From: Patescibacteria group bacterium
GTDB taxonomy: Bacteria; Patescibacteriota; Saccharimonadia; Saccharimonadales; JAUPVS01
NCBI GenBank assembly: GCA_030916945.1
Contig: JAUPVS010000003.1
Coordinates: 6,536-70,535 of the forward strand
Length of the DNA: 64,000 nucleotides
Direction: 5' to 3'
The position numbers were made by a program, and so were the translations under genes. Positions 37,736 to 46,369 of this stretch are shown here, piece by piece (position 1 is the stretch's first letter; each line of letters opens with the position of its first letter). The notes under the pieces were generated by a model. The model was not told the origin of the DNA. It was given only the letters and a program-made list of their open reading frames with translations, and searched no databases.

Positions 37736-38278
37736 GTGGAGCTTAGAATATTAGGCCCAATTGGTTTCTTGATTGGCTGGATTGCCATATCGTTATTATT
37801 ACTTATCTGGGAGGTCGACAAGGCCAAGTCAATCAGCCATCATGCCGCCGCCCAAAAATCGTCTTATGTGATGATGGCCATTTTCGAAACAATTTCGATG
37901 ACATTGTTTGCCTTATTCACCATTGGCTGGTTGGCAAACCAGTATGACCTTTCACCTTTATTTGCCTTCTGCAGCCTACTCGTTACTATTGGCCTAACGG
38001 CTGCTGCCTGGATACCGGTCACCGGTAAAAATGGCAAGCTCCACGACTTATTTGCCTGGACGGCCGCCTTGCTATTCATGCCAATGCTACTAATACTAAC
38101 GGCATCTAGCAACGTTCCGTCAAAGGCTAGATTAGTTAATGCCGGATGTTTAACGATTTTATTTATCCTCTTTACGCTCTCTAAAATAAGTAAGTCTGTG
38201 CAACGCCATCACCTTTACGCACAAAGCACCTACATACTAGTTTTTGATATCGGTATTTTAGCAGCTGCCTACTTATAG
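37736..38278 (+). CDS. polytopic membrane protein, unknown function
   Basis: 180 aa with 5-6 hydrophobic segments. GTG start, 2 nt after the stop of a 20-codon upstream micro-ORF. Confidence 0.5.
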   Translation: MELRILGPIGFLIGWIAISLLLLIWEVDKAKSISHHAAAQKSSYVMMAIFETISMTLFALFTIGWLANQYDLSPLFAFCSLLVTIGLTAAAWIPVTGKNGKLHDLFAWTAALLFMPMLLILTASSNVPSKARLVNAGCLTILFILFTLSKISKSVQRHHLYAQSTYILVFDIGILAAAYL

Positions 38279-38530
38279 CTTTTGGCGATGCATGCAGCCG
38301 ACCCAGCAGCAGGGGCGGCGTTTGCCTTCTAGCAGCTCGGTAACAGTTCGCTTGATGTGGTCTTGGCGGGTTTCCGATTTTTTGCAGGTAATACTCCAGC
38401 AAATCCACTCGTTGCGAGCCAGTGGCGTCAAGTCTTGCCAACGCTCCAAGGCCGATTGGTCGGCCAGCAGAGCTTTGCGTAAGTCGGCTGGCACGGTGTG
38501 CACCACCCCGGATGCGATTTTTGTAGTCAT
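38273..38530 (-). CDS. YdeI/OmpD-associated (OmdA) domain protein
   Basis: 85 aa from MTTKIASG with LTPLARNEWICWSITCKKSETRQDHIKRTVTELLEGKRRPCCWVGCMH, typical of the family. The upstream extension in the ORF track is rejected. Confidence 0.7.
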   Translation of the reverse strand: MTTKIASGVVHTVPADLRKALLADQSALERWQDLTPLARNEWICWSITCKKSETRQDHIKRTVTELLEGKRRPCCWVGCMHRQKL

Positions 38531-38534
38531 AGCG

Positions 38535-38921
38535 TTAAAGCCGCACCAGTTCGCCGCGGCGTTTACGAATGTTCTTATAGTCCCATTGAATGGTTTGCGA
38601 TTTCTCGAGCCAACGCTGAAGGCTATCGCTATCGATCTGATCGGCTTGAGTATAGCGGGCTTCGGCCGCCTTAAAACTACCCTCGGCACTTAAACCGGGC
38701 TCGTCAAATGACTGGCCACTCCAAAACAACAGGCGAACGCAGTCTTTGAGGACGTCGTAGCCAACAATTGGGTTATCGTTTATAAACCAAACTGGCGCAC
38801 CATGCCAAATTTTATTCTTAGCAGTGGGCATGGCAGACATAATTTGCGCGGCCAGCTGCTGGCAGATGGCCTTGTTTGGTTCGGTTTGCTGATCGTTATA
38901 GGCGGTGATGTCTTTGTTCAT
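38535..38921 (-). CDS. DUF1801 (YdhG-like) domain protein
   Basis: 128 aa with KIWHGAPVWFINDNPIVGY...CVRLLFWSGQSF. A minus-strand TATACT (38934..38929) lies 7 nt before the ATG. Confidence 0.7.
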   Translation of the reverse strand: MNKDITAYNDQQTEPNKAICQQLAAQIMSAMPTAKNKIWHGAPVWFINDNPIVGYDVLKDCVRLLFWSGQSFDEPGLSAEGSFKAAEARYTQADQIDSDSLQRWLEKSQTIQWDYKNIRKRRGELVRL

Positions 38922-39026
38922 ACCTACCAGTATAACGAACCGATGCCAACGGTCTAGCCTTCTTTAATCTTTTGACTATCTACTCATACCCCTATATCAT
39001 AAGCGTAATAATAAGTAGGGGCGAGA

Positions 39027-39764
39027 ATGGCTAGATTGCCAATTCCAGGATCAGATAAAGGTACGTGGGGTTCGGTACTTAACGACTTCTTGTCGGTTGA
39101 ACTTAATAGCGACGGAACGCTAAAGTCTTCTGGTTCATTAAGTACTAAAGAAAATACTGGCGTCGCGGCCGACCGAACACGAGTAGGTACCCTCGCGGCT
39201 CGCCCGTCGGCGGCTTCATTAAGCAACGGGGTTCGCTATTTTGCCACCGATGACCAAGGTGGAACGGTATATGTAGTATCTTCCGGCGCCTGGGTGGCGG
39301 CTGCCCCAGCTGTATCGGGCATTTCTGGTCAGATTCTGGCATCGGCTTGGCCGAGTGGCACAATTCCCGCTCTTTCGGTTGGCGTCAGCAGCCAAGTTAG
39401 AGTACCGGAACTTACCACTGCTCAGTTTACCGTACCAAATCGTCCAGTTAGGTTTATGGTTCCACAGTTAACAGGAACAATCCCGACCGGTTCAGACACC
39501 GTGTTGTTAGTAAAATGGGACCGTAATGGTGCTGGCACCTATGCGGCCGGCTATACTTCACTTGGTATCCAGATAACCGCCAATAGCGTAGCTAGTGCGC
39601 GCTGGCTAGGTCTACACGGTATGCTTCCAACCGTCTTTACGGCTGGCGATACTGCTCAAGCTGCCATATTTATATCTAGGTCGGGTGTCGCCGCCGACGT
39701 AACCATAAACAACTTCCCAACACTCTTCGGGGTAGCAGCAGGGATTGACGTAGTGGCTCTCTGA
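39027..39764 (+). CDS. phage tail-fibre-like / minor-tail-like protein
   Basis: The N-terminus is MARLPIPGSDKGTWGSVLNDFL, followed by LAARPSAASLSNGVRYFATDDQGGTVYVVSSGAWV. I recognise both as recurring motifs of actinobacteriophage tail fibre or minor tail proteins. This is from memory with no search. Confidence 0.45.
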   Translation: MARLPIPGSDKGTWGSVLNDFLSVELNSDGTLKSSGSLSTKENTGVAADRTRVGTLAARPSAASLSNGVRYFATDDQGGTVYVVSSGAWVAAAPAVSGISGQILASAWPSGTIPALSVGVSSQVRVPELTTAQFTVPNRPVRFMVPQLTGTIPTGSDTVLLVKWDRNGAGTYAAGYTSLGIQITANSVASARWLGLHGMLPTVFTAGDTAQAAIFISRSGVAADVTINNFPTLFGVAAGIDVVAL

Positions 39765-40594
39765 TGCCCACGCTATACACCGCTCACACACCGCTTTACA
39801 CTGCTACCGGTGGTCAGGGTTCAACCCGACTAGTAGCGGCCTGGGGCAGAACCCAGAATAAAAGCTTACCACCAGTTATTGAGTGCGGGGGCTGGCCGGG
39901 CACGGGAGCCTGGAACCCAGCCATTGGCGTATGGTCACGTAAGGCTCTAACGGCCGCTGGCTACACCGTAATTACGGTTTGGACCGGGGCAAACTGGGGC
40001 CACCCAACTGGCTCATCGGCGCCGTCGTCGGGACCAACTGGCACTGGCACTACCGCCATATCTGACGCCCGTACCTGGGCTGGCAGCATCCTTGGCCTGC
40101 AAAACAGCGTAGTACATATTTACGGCACAAGCATGGGTGGCACCAACGCCGCCGCCTGGGCGGCCGCCAACCCATCATTAGTCGGCGGAGTTTATATGAT
40201 GTCACCGGCACTGTCATTGCTGCACATTTGGGACTTATCAGGCACAGCCATTCCTGGGGGTGGCACCTATCCCAACTACGCGTCTTCTATGGCGTCAGCC
40301 TACGGCACAACACCAGGCGATCGGGCGGCTTTTTCAACCGCCAGTCAATCGATTGACCCCGTCCGCAACACAGCCAGCTTTAGTGGAATCGGTAGCCACA
40401 TCTCGATTTTTGCGGCCCGCGACGATGATGTCATCGGCTGGTCCAACTGCGCTAGTTTCGCTAGCGCTACCGGCGCTACTTTGACCGCCTCAGCGCCAGA
40501 AGGTGAACCCGGTGGTGGTCACATAACACCAAACCTGCAAGCCGCTTACAACGAGTTTGATGCCCTCCAACTTTTCGATTCGTTCAATCCATAG
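39764..40594 (+). CDS. alpha/beta-hydrolase (esterase/lipase-like), translationally coupled to the tail-fibre-like gene
   Basis: TGATG overlap at 39762..39766. Nucleophile elbow IYGTSMGG, and a late Asp/His in ARDDDV...GGGHI. Confidence 0.55.
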   Translation: MPTLYTAHTPLYTATGGQGSTRLVAAWGRTQNKSLPPVIECGGWPGTGAWNPAIGVWSRKALTAAGYTVITVWTGANWGHPTGSSAPSSGPTGTGTTAISDARTWAGSILGLQNSVVHIYGTSMGGTNAAAWAAANPSLVGGVYMMSPALSLLHIWDLSGTAIPGGGTYPNYASSMASAYGTTPGDRAAFSTASQSIDPVRNTASFSGIGSHISIFAARDDDVIGWSNCASFASATGATLTASAPEGEPGGGHITPNLQAAYNEFDALQLFDSFNP

Positions 40595-40631
40595 ACTTGA
40601 TTAGTACCGGATATTATTGCATACTTACTTA

Positions 40632-41363
40632 ATGCCCCTAGACAGAACAGCCGAACTTTCGTTTGAAGCAGTTGATGACACAGCCGTTAGCACATTGCTT
40701 TCGGTAGGCGTAGTAGTTATGAAGAATGTCGTCTCGCCGGAAGGCCTAAACGGTATTGCCTGCGCCTACAAGCGTTCTCGACGCCTAGCTTTGCCCCGAC
40801 GCGCCTTAGCCCGAGGCCTGGCCCTAGCTGGAGCCAGCGATAGTACACTACATAACACTGTTAAGGCCAAGCCGGTTGAATCGCGCCTGCCGGGCTTTCC
40901 GGTTCACATGCGCACTGCCAAGCAGGCCTTTACAGAAGTTAACCGGCTGCATGGACAATTCTTTGAACACCCGGCCATTCGACAGCGCTACCCCGGTGCA
41001 GTTGACCTTAACCAGGCGGCTTTCCCCATTAATGTCGGTAGCGAAGCTTTTCCGTTGCATCAAGATACCCAAGGTGTCAGCGGGTTGGGCTTTGCTGTTC
41101 AACCCACCCGTACACGCTGGCAAATCCACCAAGTCATCGACCGTTCGCCCGGACCGGTGGAGTTTACATTTGACACCGAGCCCGGTGACACCACCGTACT
41201 ACTGGAACGTCAGGGGCCGGAGCCAAAACAGATGTGGTCCGAGCAAGGCTACTACGACATGGCACCTGACGGCAGTCTGCCTCACAGCGGCATCAACTTA
41301 GAGGATCGCCACCGCTACGGCATGGGGCTGTTCCACCTCGACTACATCGAAGAAATGCTCTAA
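40632..41363 (+). CDS. hypothetical protein, possibly an Fe(II)/2-oxoglutarate (PhyH-like) dioxygenase
   Basis: 243 aa from MPLDRTAE (CATACT at 40620..40625, 6 nt upstream). It has an HxD-type FPLHQDTQG and a later His in LPHSG. The assignment is weak. Confidence 0.4.
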   Translation: MPLDRTAELSFEAVDDTAVSTLLSVGVVVMKNVVSPEGLNGIACAYKRSRRLALPRRALARGLALAGASDSTLHNTVKAKPVESRLPGFPVHMRTAKQAFTEVNRLHGQFFEHPAIRQRYPGAVDLNQAAFPINVGSEAFPLHQDTQGVSGLGFAVQPTRTRWQIHQVIDRSPGPVEFTFDTEPGDTTVLLERQGPEPKQMWSEQGYYDMAPDGSLPHSGINLEDRHRYGMGLFHLDYIEEML

Positions 41364-41409
41364 GTACTTATGTGCTAACATATACCTAAGTTAAGAAGGG
41401 GAAGAGACG

Positions 41410-41598
41410 ATGGACGGACAACCTAAGAGCGAAGGACTGAGCGAAAAACGGATTGAGGCAATGAGAGATTTTTTTGCCACAATTAACGTAGTAGTGGAGG
41501 CTGGCATTGAAACCGGTGAAACCGAAACTCCAGCCGTTCAGTTATCTGACGAAGCTTTGGACATTGCTCGCCAAAACTACCGCGGAACAGAAGCTTAG
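41410..41598 (+). CDS. small acidic hypothetical protein (62 aa)
   Basis: AGAAGGGGAAGAGACG lies upstream of the ATG. No family recognised. Confidence 0.35.
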   Translation: MDGQPKSEGLSEKRIEAMRDFFATINVVVEAGIETGETETPAVQLSDEALDIARQNYRGTEA

Positions 41599-41660
41599 CA
41601 AGTTAAGATCCCCATTATCTCTGTTTACAATTCCTATTATTGTGTTAAAGTAAGTTCATT

Positions 41661-42179
41661 ATGGGATACCTGCTCAAACACGAAAGAGTGGCTCTGCATG
41701 AACGTCTTGCCGAATATGAGCAACGACAGAAAGCACTCGCCCTAGACAAAGAAGCTGCAGTCGCCGAAGGTGGTGATGGCTGGCACGACAACTCGGCCTT
41801 TGACGCTGTCATTTCGGACTCTAAGCAACTGGCCGAACGAGGACGGCACGTTCTTAGGTTGCTCGAAGAGTCAGAGGACATCGACTATCCTGATCCTTCA
41901 TCTCGTGTAGCTAGTGTAGGAAGCCGCCTGCACATTGATATGTTTGGTGACCTTGTTGTGCTTGATTTAGTTGGTGCCCTCGAAGCCTACCGTGAAATTC
42001 CTGAAATGATTGATGATGCCGAGTATATCTGCACCAGCTATAAGTCACCCCTAGGAGAAGCTGTTTTAGGCTGCATGCCCGACCAGCAGGCAACTTACAG
42101 TGTAGAGGATGGACGAAGCTTTAGCGTTACGATAATCGAGATTGATCAAAATGCCATCCGCGAAGCATTCCAATCCTAG
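41661..42179 (+). CDS. GreA/GreB-family-like protein
   Basis: 172 aa. N-terminal coiled coil with GDGWHDNSAFDAV (compare the Gre acidic-tip region). C-terminal domain VGSRLHIDMFGD...YKSPLGEAVLGCMPDQQATYSVEDGRSFSVTIIEID (compare S.SPLG.ALLGK..GD). Confidence 0.65.
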   Translation: MGYLLKHERVALHERLAEYEQRQKALALDKEAAVAEGGDGWHDNSAFDAVISDSKQLAERGRHVLRLLEESEDIDYPDPSSRVASVGSRLHIDMFGDLVVLDLVGALEAYREIPEMIDDAEYICTSYKSPLGEAVLGCMPDQQATYSVEDGRSFSVTIIEIDQNAIREAFQS

Positions 42180-42732
42180 CGATTTGCTAGTGCCTGAGCT
42201 GGTTGGTATTTGTGGTAGGATTGCGAGCGGTAAAGACACTGGCGCCGCTATACTGGTGGAGGAGTATGGCTATACTCACGTGTCACTTAGTACAGAAGTA
42301 CACCAAGCTGTAGATTACTTTGGCCTTGGCGAGCATAGTCGTGAAAACCTAAAGACAGCTGGCACGCTCATCAGAATGCAGCACGGTGTCTACCATTTAG
42401 TTAACCGCGCCCTCCTTACGCCTGAACGTCCACTTGTTGTAAGTGGAATCTATGCTGTGGAAGAAGCTGAGCGCATCAAACAAGCCGGCGGTTTAGTTGT
42501 TGCCATTGTAGCCGAGCAAACAACTCGTCTGCAAAGAGCAACCGAACGCGCCAGAAGTGGTGCTCAACAGGACACTAACGATTTTGTACGCGCCGACCTA
42601 ATCGACGATTCTGGCAACTATTTGTCGTTGTCTCGTGTAATTGAGTTTGCCGACGTAACAGTAGACTCGAGCACCATGGAATCGCTTCAAGCCGGTATTC
42701 AAGCTCTTACCAGTCAAGGAAGTCCAGAATGA
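42142..42732 (+). CDS. P-loop nucleotide kinase (dNMP-kinase / dephospho-CoA-kinase-like)
   Basis: Walker A GICGRIASGKDT. The start is uncertain: TTG 42142, ATG 42151 or GTG 42190, and only the last avoids overlap with the Gre-like gene. The stop overlaps the next ATG (ATGA). Confidence 0.6.
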   Translation: MIKMPSAKHSNPSDLLVPELVGICGRIASGKDTGAAILVEEYGYTHVSLSTEVHQAVDYFGLGEHSRENLKTAGTLIRMQHGVYHLVNRALLTPERPLVVSGIYAVEEAERIKQAGGLVVAIVAEQTTRLQRATERARSGAQQDTNDFVRADLIDDSGNYLSLSRVIEFADVTVDSSTMESLQAGIQALTSQGSPE

Positions 42733-44108
42733 TAGACCCGAACTACGAACAGCTTTCTCTTGATACAATGCCGCGTGAGCTTGATAACTACGACCAGGTC
42801 TACCGCCTAGAGCGTATCAGTCGTGCCTTAAATCATATCGAAGCGCTCTATTCTCCACCGGACGTCGAGGCCGGAGAATTGCAAATTCAAACGCTACGCG
42901 GTCAACGCCATAGTGCCGAGAGAATTGGCAACCAGTTTGGCGCTCGAGTCGTTCGGGCGTTCTTGCTAGATGACCCCGAAGCAGCCTACGATAGACTCAA
43001 GGGTCTACGCCCAACAACACCTGGGCAAGAAATGGTTACCCTTATCAACCAAGATGAGTTCGCGGCGGCCCACGACACCCTACATACAATTCTTCGACTA
43101 GAAGACCCCGATGTCGCCAGTACTGTTGCCGATCGCCTAGCCATCGGCGGCGCTTTTGCACGAGCCGACCACCACCAGTTTCACGGCCCTGCCACGGCCA
43201 CCATCGATACAATCCGGACAGATGGCGTCACGCTAAAGCTGCCCGCAAAGTCAGTCGGTGATGTAGTTAAACAGGCGCGTATTGCTAACGACGGACCACT
43301 CCCAATTATAGAATTCTTAAAGAATCACAAAACAGCTCATATTAGCGGCTTTGACTCATCAAAAATATCGTTAATGGTACATGATACTGTCGACCATATG
43401 TGGACTTTTGACCTGATAGATAGACTTGGTTACCTTGATAAATTTGCTGAATTATTTAGAAGCGTAGGAAACCCCCAAGATCGTAATATATTCCACCGCG
43501 AGAGTGAAATGGTTGCCAGCATAGCGTTTGGCGTCCGCTACTTTAAAGAAATGGAGCCTGGCCTAATTCCTGTAATTAGTTCCGAGCGGTTACTTAAACT
43601 ATTTGAGGCCCGCCAACAAGCCGGTCAAGTAGAGGAGCGCCATCAGGCAGCTTTAGCAATTTTACGAGATATGCACTATAACCAGTATGGTCAGCTCAAA
43701 CCAACGCTTGAGGCCCGTAGTTTAAGTTTTGTTTTTAGCAACTACGTCTGTGAGCTTAATGAACAGCGAAGAAAGCACGGTAAGATTAAACAGATAGATG
43801 AGGAAGGAGTGGTCGTTGCCGAGTTGTCGCCATTTAACCTTGACTACTTGGCCTTCTTTGTAGAAACTCATCACGAACTATTAGACTCAAAGAACAAACA
43901 TCGCGACTTCCTTGCTAAGTCACATATTCTTATCGAAGAATTTTTTGTTCGCCTACTGGGCGAAAAAATACAGTCGCCATACCAGTTAAATCTGACTCTT
44001 GATAAGGTTCATGCCTACGACCCCGCCACGTCGATTCTGCCGCGTCAACGAATCCATTGGATGCTCAGCAACTACGGATTTACGGCTAACCAAAAAATTA
44101 CAATTTAA
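42729..44108 (+). CDS. hypothetical protein (459 aa), no recognised family
   Basis: A long clean ORF coupled to the kinase. It is His-rich in places (AAHDTLHT, MVHDTVDHMW). Its 3' end overlaps the convergent CYTH gene by 11 nt. Confidence 0.5.
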   Translation: MIDPNYEQLSLDTMPRELDNYDQVYRLERISRALNHIEALYSPPDVEAGELQIQTLRGQRHSAERIGNQFGARVVRAFLLDDPEAAYDRLKGLRPTTPGQEMVTLINQDEFAAAHDTLHTILRLEDPDVASTVADRLAIGGAFARADHHQFHGPATATIDTIRTDGVTLKLPAKSVGDVVKQARIANDGPLPIIEFLKNHKTAHISGFDSSKISLMVHDTVDHMWTFDLIDRLGYLDKFAELFRSVGNPQDRNIFHRESEMVASIAFGVRYFKEMEPGLIPVISSERLLKLFEARQQAGQVEERHQAALAILRDMHYNQYGQLKPTLEARSLSFVFSNYVCELNEQRRKHGKIKQIDEEGVVVAELSPFNLDYLAFFVETHHELLDSKNKHRDFLAKSHILIEEFFVRLLGEKIQSPYQLNLTLDKVHAYDPATSILPRQRIHWMLSNYGFTANQKITI

Positions 44109-44637
44109 AAGACAGCTCCGATTCATTAGCTAAGTCAATGCCACGGTCTTTATATAGTTGGTCAATGTTTTTGCCCGTAAAATCATCAGGATTAAGATCA
44201 AGTTTGTTTATGGCCGTCACAACGCCCTCGGCCGAGTCAGCCTCTACCTCCAGAATAACAGGTAGTTTGGGCCATTGGTCAATGGTTATCGACGCTTCGC
44301 CTAAACGAAATTCCTTGCGGCTGTTCTCTTGGTAGCCGCGCGAAATCAGGCCCATTTTTTCTAGTATTAGCTTTGTTGTGTCAAAATCATCGACCACGGT
44401 TTCCCATTCCTTAGTACCGCTAACCGTTTCATCAACAACTTCTTTAACAGCCAGGGTAGTTTGGCTGCCATCTGTCCGCAGTCTAACCCATCGGTTATTA
44501 TTAACAGGAATGGTGTCAAACACGTGGCGCCTAAGCTTATGATCGGCCACAAAAGTAGCGCCGGCCTTAATGAGTTTCTCTTCAAGCTGCGTCGGGTCTA
44601 TATCTACTAAGCGTAATTCGTGTTCTGTGTCCGACAA
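44098..44637 (-). CDS. CYTH-domain protein (class IV adenylate cyclase / triphosphatase fold)
   Basis: 179 aa. N-terminal EHELRL (ExExK-like), RLRTDG...LAVKE, and ITIDQWPKLPVILEVE. TTG start. Confidence 0.7.
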   Translation of the reverse strand: MSDTEHELRLVDIDPTQLEEKLIKAGATFVADHKLRRHVFDTIPVNNNRWVRLRTDGSQTTLAVKEVVDETVSGTKEWETVVDDFDTTKLILEKMGLISRGYQENSRKEFRLGEASITIDQWPKLPVILEVEADSAEGVVTAINKLDLNPDDFTGKNIDQLYKDRGIDLANESELSFKL

Positions 44638-44711
44638 GTTAGTATCCTTTTACCGTATCTGGAATTGTGTTCTTGTATACGATATAATACTATCATAACT
44701 TTGTCTAATTT

Positions 44712-45305
44712 ATGAGCAAGCCAGAAATACAATTAACCAATCCTCAGACTGCCGATTTTTTATGGTTTGATCTGGAATTTTCTGGTTTATCACTACAGAA
44801 TGACGTCATAATCGAAGTCGGCGCTATAGCTACCCAAGGGCTGTTCGACGAACAGTTTGAGTACCATTCTTTTGTTCAACACGAGCCAAATAACCTCAGA
44901 CGGCTCATGTTAAACAACCCCTGGTGGCGCGCCCAATCAACGAGCTATCGCGAAGATATGATTGAGCGATCACACCAAGAGGGTATAGACCTTGTAGCAA
45001 TTGACGCTAATCTGGCCACACTTGTAAGAGAACATTGCGCTACACCTGTACACCTAGCGGGTAACTCCATTCATAATGACCGCAAATGGGTCGAGCGCTA
45101 CATGCCTCAAACCGAAGGCGTTCTACACTACCGCATGCTAGATGTCAGCAGCTTAAAGTTGGTTGCTAATCAGCTTGGAATAGCCGAATACCGTAAATCA
45201 AATGAGCACCGCAGCCTGGCTGATATTCAGGAGTCAATTTCTGAATTTAGATATTTACTAGCTGGTGGCGGACTGATGCTAACAGATACAATCCCTAAAC
45301 ACTAA
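44712..45305 (+). CDS. orn: oligoribonuclease (DEDDh 3'-5' exonuclease)
   Basis: LWFDLEFSGL, IIEVGAI, LAGNSIHNDRKWV, YRMLDVSS and EHRSLADIQESI (H-x4-D). Confidence 0.8.
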   Translation: MSKPEIQLTNPQTADFLWFDLEFSGLSLQNDVIIEVGAIATQGLFDEQFEYHSFVQHEPNNLRRLMLNNPWWRAQSTSYREDMIERSHQEGIDLVAIDANLATLVREHCATPVHLAGNSIHNDRKWVERYMPQTEGVLHYRMLDVSSLKLVANQLGIAEYRKSNEHRSLADIQESISEFRYLLAGGGLMLTDTIPKH

Positions 45306-45359
45306 CCCTAGCTAACCGATACTTGCATTTTTTGCTGTTTTATAGTACAGTAATCTTTT

Positions 45360-46106
45360 ATGTATGAACGCATCGACCAAGACCCCTTTATAGCCCCACT
45401 GGAACATGTTTCAGCAGGGGCCGTTTCGGAATTCCAAGCCTTTGCTGATAACGACCGTTTTATTGTGCGGGTAAGTTCGCAGATTCCACCGCAAGACTGT
45501 ACTAAAAATGAGCACGCTCTAGAGGTTTTTAAAACCAACAGCGGTCTTGATGTCGTGCCGCACTATAACGTGTACGGCAAAACTCGGCATACCGACAATA
45601 GCCAGGTTGATTTGCACGAAATTGAAGAGGATAGGTTTTATCGGACAATCTTTCATGTAACAGAGCGTATCACCGGCGTAGATTTTGGCGACAGGCATGA
45701 GGTCCCAAACACAGAAATTCCACCAGAACTGGTCGAAACCATGCTATCTGGCATAGTTAGGTCGGCTGTTACTGCCTATGATCTGTTCCAGCCTTATAGC
45801 TACGAGATACGCCCTTACCAATTTATGTACGGTCACACCGCGTTGGACCCAGAAGACAAAATTTACCTGGTTGACGTTGATTATTCATACCTGCCGTCAC
45901 TTTCGACCGACGATGTCGTGGATAGCTTGGAACATGTTGTCAACTTCCTGACAAAGTACCCTGTCAACCACTGTTTCATTCCAACCATAGAAGAAACCCT
46001 AAGTTTTTTGCGACGTCCGGTTTGCCAAGATCTTGGTTGGGATTTGGTAGGACAACTCGAAACAAAGCTACTCGATTACCTGGCCACGCTAGATCACACT
46101 TTGTGA
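45360..46106 (+). CDS. hypothetical protein (248 aa), possibly a kinase-like fold
   Basis: Clean ORF. IRPYQFMYG and IYLVDVDYS vaguely resemble APH/ChoK catalytic and DFG-type segments. The assignment is weak. Confidence 0.4.
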   Translation: MYERIDQDPFIAPLEHVSAGAVSEFQAFADNDRFIVRVSSQIPPQDCTKNEHALEVFKTNSGLDVVPHYNVYGKTRHTDNSQVDLHEIEEDRFYRTIFHVTERITGVDFGDRHEVPNTEIPPELVETMLSGIVRSAVTAYDLFQPYSYEIRPYQFMYGHTALDPEDKIYLVDVDYSYLPSLSTDDVVDSLEHVVNFLTKYPVNHCFIPTIEETLSFLRRPVCQDLGWDLVGQLETKLLDYLATLDHTL

Positions 46107-46176
46107 CGCATATCACACCCATATCGACCCAATCAGGCCTATACTAAGGGCGTAGCAGTTAAAGGGGGATAATACT

Positions 46177-46368
46177 ATGGGAAAATCAAATGACTGGGGT
46201 GGAAGCCGCGGTGGTGGCGATGCCGTCTATGCACTCGGCCTAATTGGCGCCATTGTCTACTACTTTCAGGTGGCCACCAGCTTTTGGCTGGTTGTGCTGG
46301 GCTTCTTTAAGGCGCTGGTCTGGCCGGCCTTTTTAGTCCACGCCTTGCTCAAGTGGCTGCAGATGTAG
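46177..46368 (+). CDS. small membrane protein (63 aa, two TM)
   Basis: AAAGGGGGA lies 9 nt upstream. Two hydrophobic helices. Confidence 0.45.
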   Translation: MGKSNDWGGSRGGGDAVYALGLIGAIVYYFQVATSFWLVVLGFFKALVWPAFLVHALLKWLQM

Positions 46369-46369
46369 G

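Noticed and set aside
39027-45305. I considered a complete prophage, given the tail-fibre-like protein, esterase, GKDT kinase and exonuclease.
   Set aside because: I recognised no capsid, portal, terminase, tape-measure, integrase or repressor genes, and gene order is not phage-like. At most it is phage-derived cargo.
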